Of a stretch of DNA of 64,000 bases, positions 15,096 through 24,423 are shown in pieces (the stretch's first letter is position 1; each line of letters starts with the position of its first letter). Source of the DNA: Octopus vulgaris. Taxonomy: Eukaryota. The notes under the pieces were generated by a model. It was given only the letters and a program-made list of their open reading frames with translations, was not told the DNA's origin and searched no databases. Location: contig OX597839.1 of NCBI GenBank assembly GCA_951406725.2, positions 18,352,001 to 18,416,000 on the forward strand, in the 5' to 3' direction. The position numbers and the translations under genes were made by a program.

Positions 15096-15872
15096 ATGAA
15101 TAAATATGTCGACTTCTACTGGGAAAACAATATGATTCCATTCGAAGAGGATTCCAGACACGAATTCAAATGTCACAGGAACCTGTCAGTCGAAGAGCTA
15201 CCACCATGGACCCAGGAAAACCAAAAACGCACGCGGAGGTCTGTTTCTCGCACACTGAATGCTTTTCTGAACACAGGTCAAGGAGGCTCAGTCTACCTTG
15301 GCGTGGCAGATGATGGCAAAATCATAGGTTTACAATTAACGCTATTTCAGAGGGACCACCTAAAAGTCAATCTTGACAATCTGATGAAGCGCTACATACC
15401 ACAAGTCGACTTGAATCGATATGGGATTCATTTCATGCCGGTCATTAGCCGGACGGTGTCTATGGCTGATGTTTATCGAATATGCAATAAGATCAAACTG
15501 GAGAGTGACATTTTCTCGAAAGAGGAGCGCCAGCGAAGCCATCTTTGCCAGTCGTATGCCAGATGCTGGTGTGATGAGCAAGCTGCCATGATGGTCAAAG
15601 CAGATGAAGTCATACACAGGTTTGTCGTTGAAATACACATCAAACCATGGGACCCAAAAACTATGATCTGGAATAACATTGTTCCTGGGATCAATCTGCA
15701 CCCAATGCATGCCAACGAAGAAGGTAGAGTATTTATGAAGACTTTGGCAGGCGTCAAACTTTGTGATGACCAGGACATTATTAATATAACCGTAAAAGAT
15801 GTGAAACAGATATTTCAAACGAGAATTAATAATATTAAGAAAAAGATCGAAGCATTAAAGACTGATAATTAA
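15096..15872 (+). CDS. Schlafen-like AlbA_2-domain protein (258 aa; last or only coding exon)
   Basis: Motifs FEEDSRHEFK and AFLNTGQGGSVYLGVADDGKIIG typical of AlbA_2/Schlafen. A polypyrimidine tract and AG acceptor end at 15092, 3 nt before the ATG. Uninterrupted ORF of normal composition. Confidence 0.88.
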   Translation: MNKYVDFYWENNMIPFEEDSRHEFKCHRNLSVEELPPWTQENQKRTRRSVSRTLNAFLNTGQGGSVYLGVADDGKIIGLQLTLFQRDHLKVNLDNLMKRYIPQVDLNRYGIHFMPVISRTVSMADVYRICNKIKLESDIFSKEERQRSHLCQSYARCWCDEQAAMMVKADEVIHRFVVEIHIKPWDPKTMIWNNIVPGINLHPMHANEEGRVFMKTLAGVKLCDDQDIINITVKDVKQIFQTRINNIKKKIEALKTDN

Positions 15873-16379
15873 CTGTTCATGTTGTTGTTGTTGAATTTAT
15901 TCTTTTACTTGTTTCAGTTATTTGATTGTGGCCATGCTAGAGCACCACCTTAAGGGATTTTAGTTGAACAAATCAACCCCAGGACTTATTCTTTGTAAGC
16001 CCTCTACTTATCCTATTGGTCTCTTTTGCCAAACCACTAAGTTATGGGGATGTAAACACATCAACACCAGTTGTCAAGAAGTGCTAGGGGCAAACACAGA
16101 CGTTTACTTGTTTCAGTTATTTGATTGTGGCCATGCTAGAGCACTGCCTTAAGGGATTTTAGTTAAACAAATCAACTCCAGGACTTATTCTTTGTAAGCC
16201 CTGTACTTATCTTATTGGTCTCTTTTGCTAAACCACTAGGTTATGGGGATGTAAACACATCAACCCCAGTTGTCAAGCACTACTAGGGGCAAACACAGAC
16301 ACACACACACAAATATATACATAAATGCTGTTTGTGGGTGACATGACATAGATTCCACAACTTAAAAATAAAAGGTTGT

Positions 16380-16442
16380 TTCTCTATTGCAATTTCGATG
16401 TTAGTAACCTATTAAGGGTCCCATTTGTCTCTTCAGGAGAAT
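16380..16442 (-). ncRNA. Type I hammerhead ribozyme (inverted copy, stem II mismatch)
   Basis: Reverse complement reads ATTCTC CTGAAGA GAC...ATC GAAA TTGCAA TA GAGAA. Confidence 0.65.
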
Positions 16443-16778
16443 ATCCTTATCAGATAGAAATTGATACAAGATCTTAACCTTTGTGTATTTTATGATAACA
16501 TGTTTGGCCATTGATATATTCATAAATAATTATTGATATATTTATGATATATCCTCCTTAATGTATTATTACATTACTTTTTAATTATTTAATTTTCCCC
16601 ACTCATATCCGGTGCTTTGCCGTGGCTCGAATTTACTGGTCTTTCCTCATAAACGCTGTACATGACATTTGAATTCAGAATTTGAATGTGTAGATAGAGG
16701 TTGACACATTATTCTTGCCGGTCGGGATACATGTAAGCCCCAAAGTAAGGTCTTGCATCAATTTCTATCTATAGGAAT

Positions 16779-16842
16779 ATTCTCCTGAAGAGACAAATGG
16801 AACCTTTAATAGGTTCCTAACGTTGAAATTGCAATAGAGAAT
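16779..16842 (+). ncRNA. Type I hammerhead ribozyme
   Basis: Stem I ATTCTC/GAGAAT, core CTGAAGA, stem II GAC...GTT with an internal GGAACCT/AGGTTCC hairpin, GAAA, palindromic TTGCAA, AUA cleavage triplet. Confidence 0.8.
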
Positions 16843-17221
16843 TAACCTTTTATTTTCAAGTTGTGGATTCTATATGTCATGTTGCTTGCAGATAGCATTT
16901 ATTGTGAGGAGATATGATATGAGTGATAATAGTGGCTTTATAGTGGTTTTTGATTGCTATTTCTAAACATGTAAGGGTTTTTGAAACCTCTTAGTTATAA
17001 TTATGACTTGTTCATAATTATAAACACTCTTCTTATATATATATATATATAGAATGGTTGTATACTGTCAATCTAACAAGAACGTGACAGTAGGGGGTAC
17101 ACCACCGCTGTATAGCCCTAGGAAGCATCGAACGCCTCCTGATGGCTTTGACACATTTTCCCCTGTGTCCTTATATACATATACGAAGGGGAGACAAACA
17201 CCCCCGGCTGCCGGAACTGCA

Positions 17222-17266
17222 TCTAGGGACACGTGTTTCAGGATCGTTGTCCTTCATCGGCCTAGA
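17222..17266 (-). ncRNA. Minimal type I hammerhead ribozyme (CCGAUGA core variant)
   Basis: Reverse complement reads TCTAGG CCGATGA AGGA-CAACGA-TCCT GAAA CACGTG TC CCTAGA; GUC cleavage triplet and palindromic stem III. Confidence 0.8.
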
Positions 17267-17696
17267 GTAGCAGACACCGGTCAGCTGGTGATATTTGCCT
17301 CGACTTCGTAATTGCATATATCTATATTCAGTGAAGTCTATTCACTGATTATCAAAATAAGAAATATTGAATTTCTAAATCTCTCGTAGAGACATGTACG
17401 GTGGTGGGGCGATAGAATGGTTGTATACTGTCAATCTAACAAGAACGTTCTTGTCAGTGCATAACCACTAAGAGATTTAGAAATTCAATATTTCTTATTT
17501 TGATAATCAGTGAATAGACTTCACTGAATATAGATATATGCAATTACGAAGTCGAGGCAAATATCACCAGCCGACCTATTTTTTTTTTTGGAGTCGTTAT
17601 TCTGGTGTGTTGGTTTCGAGTGCGTCATTGTGAAGAGGTTGTGAGTTCGAGTTCGTTGCTGGAGGACGTGGTGAAATTTATTTGGAGACTTTGAAA

Positions 17697-19058
17697 ATGC
17701 AAGACCAGATGTATGCGAGAGCAGCAGGCAGAGGCGTGGTTGCGAGTGAACTAGAAATGGAAGAAGTGGTAGTCGAGAAGAAGACTTTAGAAAAATATTT
17801 CGACAGTTTGAAGAGGGAGGGTGACTGCGTGAGAGTCACACCGTCCGAAGAAGAAGAAAACAATGTGGAGAAACGTATGATAATGTACAGGACATGGTGT
17901 GTGACGTCAAGAAAAATAGAAGTAGCAGAGACGGAAGAAATAGAGAAATGTCTGCAAGGTATTGAGGGTGAACCTACATTTTTCAACAGAGGAAGAAAGT
18001 ATGCCACAGTGGTGGTACACTTTAAAAATGAAAATGAAGCAAGAAAGAATGCGACAAGAATTCTGAAATCGGAAAGTTGGACTTTATTACCTAGTTACTG
18101 TGGAAAGAGGGCAGTCAGAATAAGAATTAGTCGGATTTCGCCCGAACTTAACATGGAGAGGATATTAGCGGCAGTAGTTTTCAACTGCAAGGAAAGTGTG
18201 GAGGTGGTGAAGGTGGAAAAGTCAACAGAAGTTAAGTGGTGGGGATATGCGGTACAGGTTCTGGCACATATAACCGTGCCAGATCTATACAACATCCCGG
18301 AGGAGTTGGTCTTCCCTGATGAGACACGGCTTAGAGTCGTGGTAGAGGGAAGACCTCCAGTTTGTTATAATTGCAAATTAAGAGGCCACATGAAGGATGT
18401 ATGCCCGCTGGAGAAAACGATAACACCGGAGGCTGTAACGAAGGAGTGTAAAGATACGTGTGTGGAGAAGGGAGAAGTGCAGGAGGAAACGAAAGCAGTG
18501 GAGGCGCAAACAGAGGAGCAGCTAATTGAGGATATGGAAGAAGAACGTGCAAGTGCAGAGGATGAAAGAACAGAAGATAGGAAGAGAACAAGGGTGGAAT
18601 CACCACCGAAAGTTCTAAAAAAGAAAAAAATCAAAAGCAAGATAACAGAAGAAAAAGAAGAGAGAACGTGCAAAGAAAAGGACGAACAGACAAAGACAGA
18701 GGTAAACCTAGAATGGAGAAAAAAAGTGAGAGAACAGTTGGATGCTTGTAAAAAGGGAAAAAGACCTGTAGGAAAATACCTGAAAGTATTCATGTTGTAC
18801 GTGAAAGACACAGAAGTGGAAAAAAGACTTACAGGTAGGAAAGGATTGATTAGGGTTAAATTACACCCAAAACTGCATGATGACGATATGAAAGGGGTAG
18901 TTGTAGATAAAGGAACATTTACTAAATTGAAAAGTATGTTTGATCAGGTTTATTTAACGTATTATGTATGTTATGACAATTTGCCAAATGTGATAGACCA
19001 GATGGAATTAACAAAGTACATTACGGACGAACGTCCAACAGAACTGGAATTTATGTAA
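17697..19058 (+). CDS. Gag/ORF1p-like nucleic-acid-binding protein (putative RRM-like region + CCHC zinc knuckle), 453 aa from the first ATG
   Basis: Intact purine-rich ORF. VVEGRPPVCYNCKLRGHMKDVCP = CX2CX4HX4C (18363-18404) in an L1/Tx1 ORF1-like context. Upstream beta-alpha patterns YATVVVHFKNENEARK and VRIRISRISPELNMERILAAV. Charged low-complexity linker. No RT or endonuclease motifs seen. Confidence 0.8.
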   Translation: MQDQMYARAAGRGVVASELEMEEVVVEKKTLEKYFDSLKREGDCVRVTPSEEEENNVEKRMIMYRTWCVTSRKIEVAETEEIEKCLQGIEGEPTFFNRGRKYATVVVHFKNENEARKNATRILKSESWTLLPSYCGKRAVRIRISRISPELNMERILAAVVFNCKESVEVVKVEKSTEVKWWGYAVQVLAHITVPDLYNIPEELVFPDETRLRVVVEGRPPVCYNCKLRGHMKDVCPLEKTITPEAVTKECKDTCVEKGEVQEETKAVEAQTEEQLIEDMEEERASAEDERTEDRKRTRVESPPKVLKKKKIKSKITEEKEERTCKEKDEQTKTEVNLEWRKKVREQLDACKKGKRPVGKYLKVFMLYVKDTEVEKRLTGRKGLIRVKLHPKLHDDDMKGVVVDKGTFTKLKSMFDQVYLTYYVCYDNLPNVIDQMELTKYITDERPTELEFM

Positions 19059-19155
19059 TTGTAAAATTGTAACATTGTAAATTGTAAAATGTAAAATTGT
19101 ATTTTGAGCTGGAATATATGTAATTGTAAAATTGTAAAATGTAAAATTGTATTTT
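19057..19155 (+). repeat. (ATTGTAAA)n-like short repeats in the 3' UTR of the ORF1 cassette
   Basis: Two blocks of AATTGTAAAATTGTAA...GTAAAATTGTATTTT directly after the stop codon. Confidence 0.7.
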
Positions 19156-19343
19156 AAACGGAACTGCGAGTTGGGGGGTTCGTAAGCCGTTCCATCTAAC
19201 TCATTACACATAATTCATCTTCATTTCATATTTTATTTTTTACTTTATGTACCCCACGTCCCGTCTTGTAATGTCCCCTCTGCATTCGGGCCATCGTGCC
19301 CATAATAAAGATATAATATCACCAGCTGACCGGTGTCTGCTAC

Positions 19344-19388
19344 TCTAGGCCGATGAAGGACAACGATCCTGAAACACATGTCCCTAGA
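19344..19388 (+). ncRNA. Minimal type I hammerhead ribozyme (CCGAUGA core variant), sense to the ORF
   Basis: TCTAGG CCGATGA AGGA-CAACGA-TCCT GAAA CACATG TC CCTAGA; predicted cleavage after C19382. Confidence 0.8.
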
Positions 19389-19611
19389 TGCAGTTCCGGC
19401 AGCCGGGGGTGTTTGTCTCCCCTTCGTAAATGTATATAAGGACACAGGGGAAAATGTGTCAAAGCCATCAGGAGGCGTTCGATGCTTCCTAGGGCTATAC
19501 AGCGGTGGTGGACCCCCTACTGTCACGTTCTTGTTAGATTGACAGTATACAACCATTCTATCGCCCCGCCACCGTACATGTCTCTACGAGAGATTTAGAA
19601 ATTCAATATTT

Positions 19612-19652
<41 letters not shown>

Positions 19653-19656
<4 letters not shown>

Positions 19657-19941
19657 TAAGTTAATCCCAACAAGAAAACAAAAAAAAACACAACGCGAGG
19701 ACGTGGAACAAATATAGTATTATTGGACGCTCAGGAAAGGAGGGTTTAACGTTTCGAGCGGAGCTCTTCGTCAGAAACATAGGAGAAGGAAAGATCCAGA
19801 GAAGGGAAGACAGAGGAAAAAAATCGCCAACGGTACACACGAGGTCACATTTTGGAGAGGGATGACCACATTTCTTAGCAGTAAGACCATAGCAGATCTG
19901 CTTTTAGCACAAGGGTTGTCCACATAGTGGTCATCCCTCTC
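19653..19941 (-). mobile_element. Non-coding hammerhead element abutting (TA)n; partial relatives at ~32180-32298 and ~35471-35527
   Basis: Shared segment TTGTTCCACGTCCT(C)GCGTTG..GTGTTTTT..TCTTGT.TGG.TTAACTT recurs. Small inverted repeat GAGAGGGATGACCAC/GTGGTCATCCCTCTC at the distal end. Confidence 0.6.
19744..19778 (-). ncRNA. Minimal hammerhead ribozyme
   Basis: Reverse complement reads GTTT CTGACGA A GAGC-TCC-GCTC GAAA CG TT AAAC (AACGTT palindrome, GUU site). Confidence 0.75.
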
Positions 19942-20684
19942 ATATGTATATAATACAATTTACTGAACCTTCAGATTTTAATATGCTAGACCACTGGTGT
20001 TAAATTGATGTTAATTAAATTAATATCCAATTTCTCACCCTCATTTTAAATTTATTTATATATATAATATATATATGTGTGTGTGTGTGTGTGCATATAT
20101 ATATATGTATCTATATGTGATAGGCTTCTTTCAGTTTCTTTCTATCAAGTCCACTCACAAAGCTTTGGTTGGTCCAAGGTTATAGTAGAAGATACTTGCC
20201 CAAGGTGCCATGCAGTCGGGCTGAACCCGGGACTGTGTGGTTGGGAAGCAAGCTTCTTACCACACTACCATGTCTGAGCCTCCACAATCATTTGTCCTGG
20301 GTTCAGTCCTACTGTTTGGTACTTTGGGTGTCTTCTACCATAGCTCCAGACTGACCAGAACCTTCTGAGTTGATTCGGTAGATAGAAAACTGAAAGAAGC
20401 CTGTCGTATATATATCTCGATATTTAGCAGAAGCGGCAAAGTGACTCAAGGGCCAAGACTTTTGTCTGTTACCTCTTCATCATGAATCTATTATCATCAT
20501 TTAACATCCGTTTTCCATGCTGGTATGTGTTGGATGGCTTGGCAGAAACTGGCAAAGCTAGAAGCCGGAACCAGGTTCAATAGCCTGTTTTGGCTTGGTT
20601 TCTACAGCTGGATTCCCTTCCTAATGCCAACCATACCACAGAGTGTACTGGGTGCTTTTTACATGGCACCAGTACGAGTCAAAC

Positions 20685-20762
<78 letters not shown>

Positions 20763-21040
20763 ACATATATATATATATATATACATATATATATTTCTTT
20801 ATTGCCACAGGGAGCTAAACAAAGAGGGAACAAATAAGGACAGACAAAAGGATTAAGTCGATTGTATCGACCTCAGTGCATAACTGGTACTTATTTAATC
20901 GACCCCAAAAGGATGAAAGGCAAAGTCGACCTCGGTGGAATTTGAACTTATAACGTAACGGCAGATGAAATACCACTAAGAATTTCGCCCGGCATGCTAA
21001 TGCTTCTGCCAGCTCACTGCCACATACATAACAACAACAT

Positions 21041-21089
<49 letters not shown>

Positions 21090-21168
21090 GTATGTATATA
21101 TATATGTTGTATATATATATGTATGTATATATATATTATGTATATATATATGTATGTATATATATGTA

Positions 21169-21240
<72 letters not shown>

Positions 21241-21364
21241 TAAATAAAAAAGAGAGTGGTCATATATGGCTCACTCTAGCACCAGTTAATCCAAAAGGTT
21301 TCAACCACAAAAATACATGTTTCCCATGAAAGTCAGTACGATTGTTAGCTCACACGTACATTTA

Positions 21365-21414
<50 letters not shown>

Positions 21415-21680
21415 GTGTGTGTGTTTCCTTATCTTGACATGTTATAATTGTTATACAAGCAGTGTTATTCATTTTCAATATTCTGTGAGAACATATCCAT
21501 TTATGGGGGAAAATTAACTAACTTGGAAACAGTTGTTGGTTGCCGACAAGACAAGCATCAAAGAAGAGTATCTGTAGAAAATCTTCCTCAATAAACTCTG
21601 TGTAATCCATGCATACATAATAAAGTAGACATATGGTGGTAGCCATGGTGGCAGCAGCTATTGTTATTATCAATTAGTTT

Positions 21681-22137
21681 GATCTCTCCATGCTACAAGG
21701 CACATAAGGCCACAACATGATCTATCCATGCTACAAGGCACATAAGGCCACAATGTGATCTCTCCATGCTACAAGGCACATAAGGCCACAACATGATCTC
21801 TCCATGCTACAAGGCACATAAGGCCACAACATGACCTCTCCATGCTACAAGGCACATAAGGCCACAACATGATCTCTCCATGCTACTAGGCACATAAGGC
21901 CACAACATGATCTCTCCATGCTACAAGGCACATAAGGCCACAACATGATCTCTCCATGCTACAAGGCACATAAGGCCACAACATGATCTCTCCATGCTAT
22001 AAGGCCACAACATGATCTCTCCATGCTACAAGGCACATAAGGCCACAACATGATCTCTCCATGCTACAAGGCACATAAGGCCACAACATGATCTCTCCAT
22101 GCTACAAGGCACATAAAGCCACAACATGATCTCTCCA
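21681..22137. repeat. 38-bp tandem minisatellite, ~12 copies
   Basis: Unit ATGATCTCTCCATGCTACAAGGCACATAAGGCCACAAC, near-identical, one copy internally deleted, no spacers. Confidence 0.95.
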
Positions 22138-22565
22138 ATCAGCCCTTGTTTTCTGGCACTGTTCTGGTCTCATTCCAGTTTTTTCACTTTGCTCTCTTCC
22201 TTTCCTTGTTAATGGTCCTTCATTTTATGGGTTTAGGGCATCCTGCTGCTCTTTTCCCCTCTGGCTTCCACTTTAGTGTCACCATAATATAGCTTTCTCA
22301 ATCTTCTCTGAGGACGTATGTGACCCAGACACAACGTCTGTGTCTGATTTCATCACTGATCCTGTTGATGTCCATTGTAGTCTCAATTGTATCATTTCAG
22401 GCTCTTTGCAACCACTTGATGTTGAGTATTCTCTTTATGCATGTGAAATGGAAACTGCCCATTGTTTTCCTTCCATGTTTTGTCACTTTTCAGTTTGCAC
22501 GTCTGTGAAGTAATACTAGTCGAACCAGTGTCTTAAACAGCTTCATTTTGTAGCCTGTACCATTC
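22138..22565 (-). mobile_element. Decayed 3' fragment of an RTE-type LINE
   Basis: Minus strand encodes LKWKPEGKRAAGCPKP, resembling the RTE C-terminal W.P.GKR..GRP motif; it runs into the 38-bp repeat. Confidence 0.7.
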
Positions 22566-22836
22566 AGCTTCCGTCTACCAAATCCACTCACAAGGCCGAG
22601 GCTATAATAAGATACTTATTATATATGTGTATATATGTTATGATGATGATGATGTTTGTGGTAGTGGTGAAAATGTTTTCCCACAAGACCTGAAATTTTA
22701 AGGGAAGGAGCTGGTTCATTACATCGATTCTGGTACTCACCTGCAGCTTATTTTATCTCCGTCAAAAGGATAAGGGCATAGATGGCCTCGGTGTGATTTG
22801 AACTCAGGAACTGAGAACGTAATGGGGGGGTCTGAA

Positions 22837-23093
22837 AAACGGGGTGGTGTGAGGTAGAAGCCTCGGAAATTTCACCCCACCCCCATTGATCTTTTCACCC
22901 GCACGAAAAAAGGTGGGCGCTCCCCTCTTTTCCGAACTAAAATAAGGGATTTGCAGCGTATTACGAGGTCAGAGTACTTGATTCCACACAAAAAAATCCG
23001 ATTTTTTTTCCTTAGTGAAAATCAAGCGACTGAAAAGATCAATGGCGGTGGGGGTGAAATTTTCGAGGCTTCCACCTCACTCCACCTCGTTTT
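22837..23093. mobile_element. MITE-like fold-back with ~60-bp inverted arms
   Basis: GTGAGGTAGAAGCCTCGGAAATTTCACCCC...ATTGATCTTTTCA versus TGAAAAGATCAAT...GGGGTGAAATTTTCGAGGCTTCCACCTCAC. Confidence 0.6.
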
Positions 23094-23696
23094 CTGAACC
23101 AAAACAAGGGATTTGCAGCATATTAGGAAGTCAGGGTACTTGATTCCACGCAAAAGATACTATTTTTTTTTTTGTGTTCTTAGTAAAAATCGTGTGGATT
23201 TTAATACAGAAATTTACCGAAATATCTGCCGGGGTATGGGAGACAACTCTTATTCTTTCATTGATACAGGTGTGTGTTATGTAATGAAAGAGGGACGGAG
23301 TGACAGGTATTAGCACTGGGAGAAGAATGCCGAGGAAGGGAGATAATCAAGTACTGATAATGCCGCAATATGTATGTCTGAAATTTGCCGGGTGGTCAAG
23401 ACGTGTGTGTGTGTGTGTTTTGCGTATATGAGTATTACATAATGTTACAATCCACCATCATACCTTACCATTCCTGTTGTTCTACCTGTTGACGTGCCTT
23501 GATTTTTAAGAATCCTCATCACTAAATTATATCGTACACACACACACACACACACATAAATGCATACAGCTGAGTGAACTGGAGCAATATGAAATAAAGT
23601 GCCTTGCTCAAGAACACAACACACAGCCTTTTCCGGGAATCAAACCCACGATGTCATGATTGTAAGCCTCTTGTTCTAACCACTGAGCCATATGCC

Positions 23697-23744
<48 letters not shown>

Positions 23745-23921
23745 TGTATGTATGTATGCATGTAAATGTGTGAGTGGTCATATATATATCGTCAGTAGTT
23801 CGTGTTTGTGTATACACATACACACACACACACGTATATATTACATTATAAAACCTATTTTTTAAATACTTTTTTGTTTTTTTCCCAAAACTGTCTCAAG
23901 TTATAACTTTTAACTTCCTAA

Positions 23922-23971
<50 letters not shown>

Positions 23972-24142
23972 ATATTAGGGAATAAATCCAAATTTACAGG
24001 GAAAAATCAGATTTAGGATTTTATAGTAAAATATTATATAATATTAATTCGAGACAAAACCACTATTTTGCAAATCAAACAAAGAAAGACTTAATCCAAT
24101 ACATAAAAAAATGTTAATATAAAGTAAATAAAATTAAATTCG

Positions 24143-24188
24143 CCACTACAATTGTTTCATGTCTCTTCAAAGGACATTCATCAGGTGG
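24143..24188 (-). ncRNA. Minimal type I hammerhead ribozyme
   Basis: Reverse complement reads CCAC CTGATGA ATGTC-CTTTGAAGA-GACAT GAAA CAATTG TA GTGG. Confidence 0.85.
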
Positions 24189-24243
24189 ATTTCAGATCTT
24201 CTATTCAATTTTATAACTTAAAATTGAATAGAAGATCTGAAAT

Positions 24244-24289
24244 CCACCTGATGAATGTCCTTTGAAGAGGCATGAAACAATTGTAGTGG
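24244..24289 (+). ncRNA. Minimal type I hammerhead ribozyme
   Basis: CCAC CTGATGA ATGTC-CTTTGAAGA-GGCAT GAAA CAATTG TA GTGG; canonical core, GUA site. Confidence 0.85.
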
Positions 24290-24377
24290 CGAATTTAATT
24301 TTATTTACTTTATATTAACATTTTTTTATGTATTGGATTTCTTTGTTTGATTTGCAAAATAGTGGTTTTGTCTCTAA

Positions 24378-24423
<46 letters not shown>

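Larger units (their letters stand above)
16322..17035 (+). mobile_element. Non-coding fold-back element with two hammerheads (Penelope pLTR/retrozyme-like)
   Basis: Imperfect inverted arms ~16322-16483 and ~16741-16902, each containing a hammerhead; the right end abuts (TA)n. Confidence 0.65.
17577..19314 (+). mobile_element. Putative ORF1-only non-LTR retroelement (L1/Tx1-like, HAL1-like organisation) bounded by a 17-bp duplication
   Basis: AATATCACCAGCCGACC (17560-17576) and AATATCACCAGCTGACC (19315-19331) flank a 1738-bp segment with one ORF, a 3' hairpin GGGC-CATCGT-GCCC and AATAAA at 19304-19309. Confidence 0.65.
17051..19616 (+). mobile_element. Composite element: hammerhead-bearing 363-bp repeat (inverted empty copy plus direct copy) carrying an ORF1/gag-like cassette, inserted in (TA)n
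   Basis: 17051-~17295 is the reverse complement of 19315-~19560. 17357-17448 is the reverse complement of ~19525-19616. 17471-17571 is the reverse complement of ~17284-17385. AGAATGGTTGTATACTG recurs at 17051 and 17414 (363-bp period). (TA)n on both sides. Confidence 0.85.
23968..24386. mobile_element. AT-rich palindromic hammerhead element between (TA)n tracts
   Basis: Near-perfect palindrome centred at ~24216 with a hammerhead in each arm; the left terminus is homologous (reverse complement) to ~26650-26765. Confidence 0.75.

Noticed and set aside
15360-18811. Minus-strand ORFs overlapping the Schlafen and ORF1 genes
   Set aside because: Antisense shadows with no motifs.
17054-19556. Twin ORFs MVVYCQSNKN... 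(17054-17311 +, 19245-19556 -)
   Set aside because: They are the two inverted copies of the repeat read antisense to the hammerhead; no protein features, and they diverge where the repeat ends.
17051-19616. DIRS-type or LTR/DNA-transposon interpretation of the inverted repeats
   Set aside because: No RT, RNase H, tyrosine recombinase or transposase is present. The internal repeat is explained by a 363-bp tandem period, and hammerheads point to PLE/retrozyme biology. A non-autonomous DIRS derivative is not strictly excluded.
21681-22137. CRISPR-like array
   Set aside because: Head-to-tail 38-bp units without unique spacers, eukaryotic context, no cas genes.
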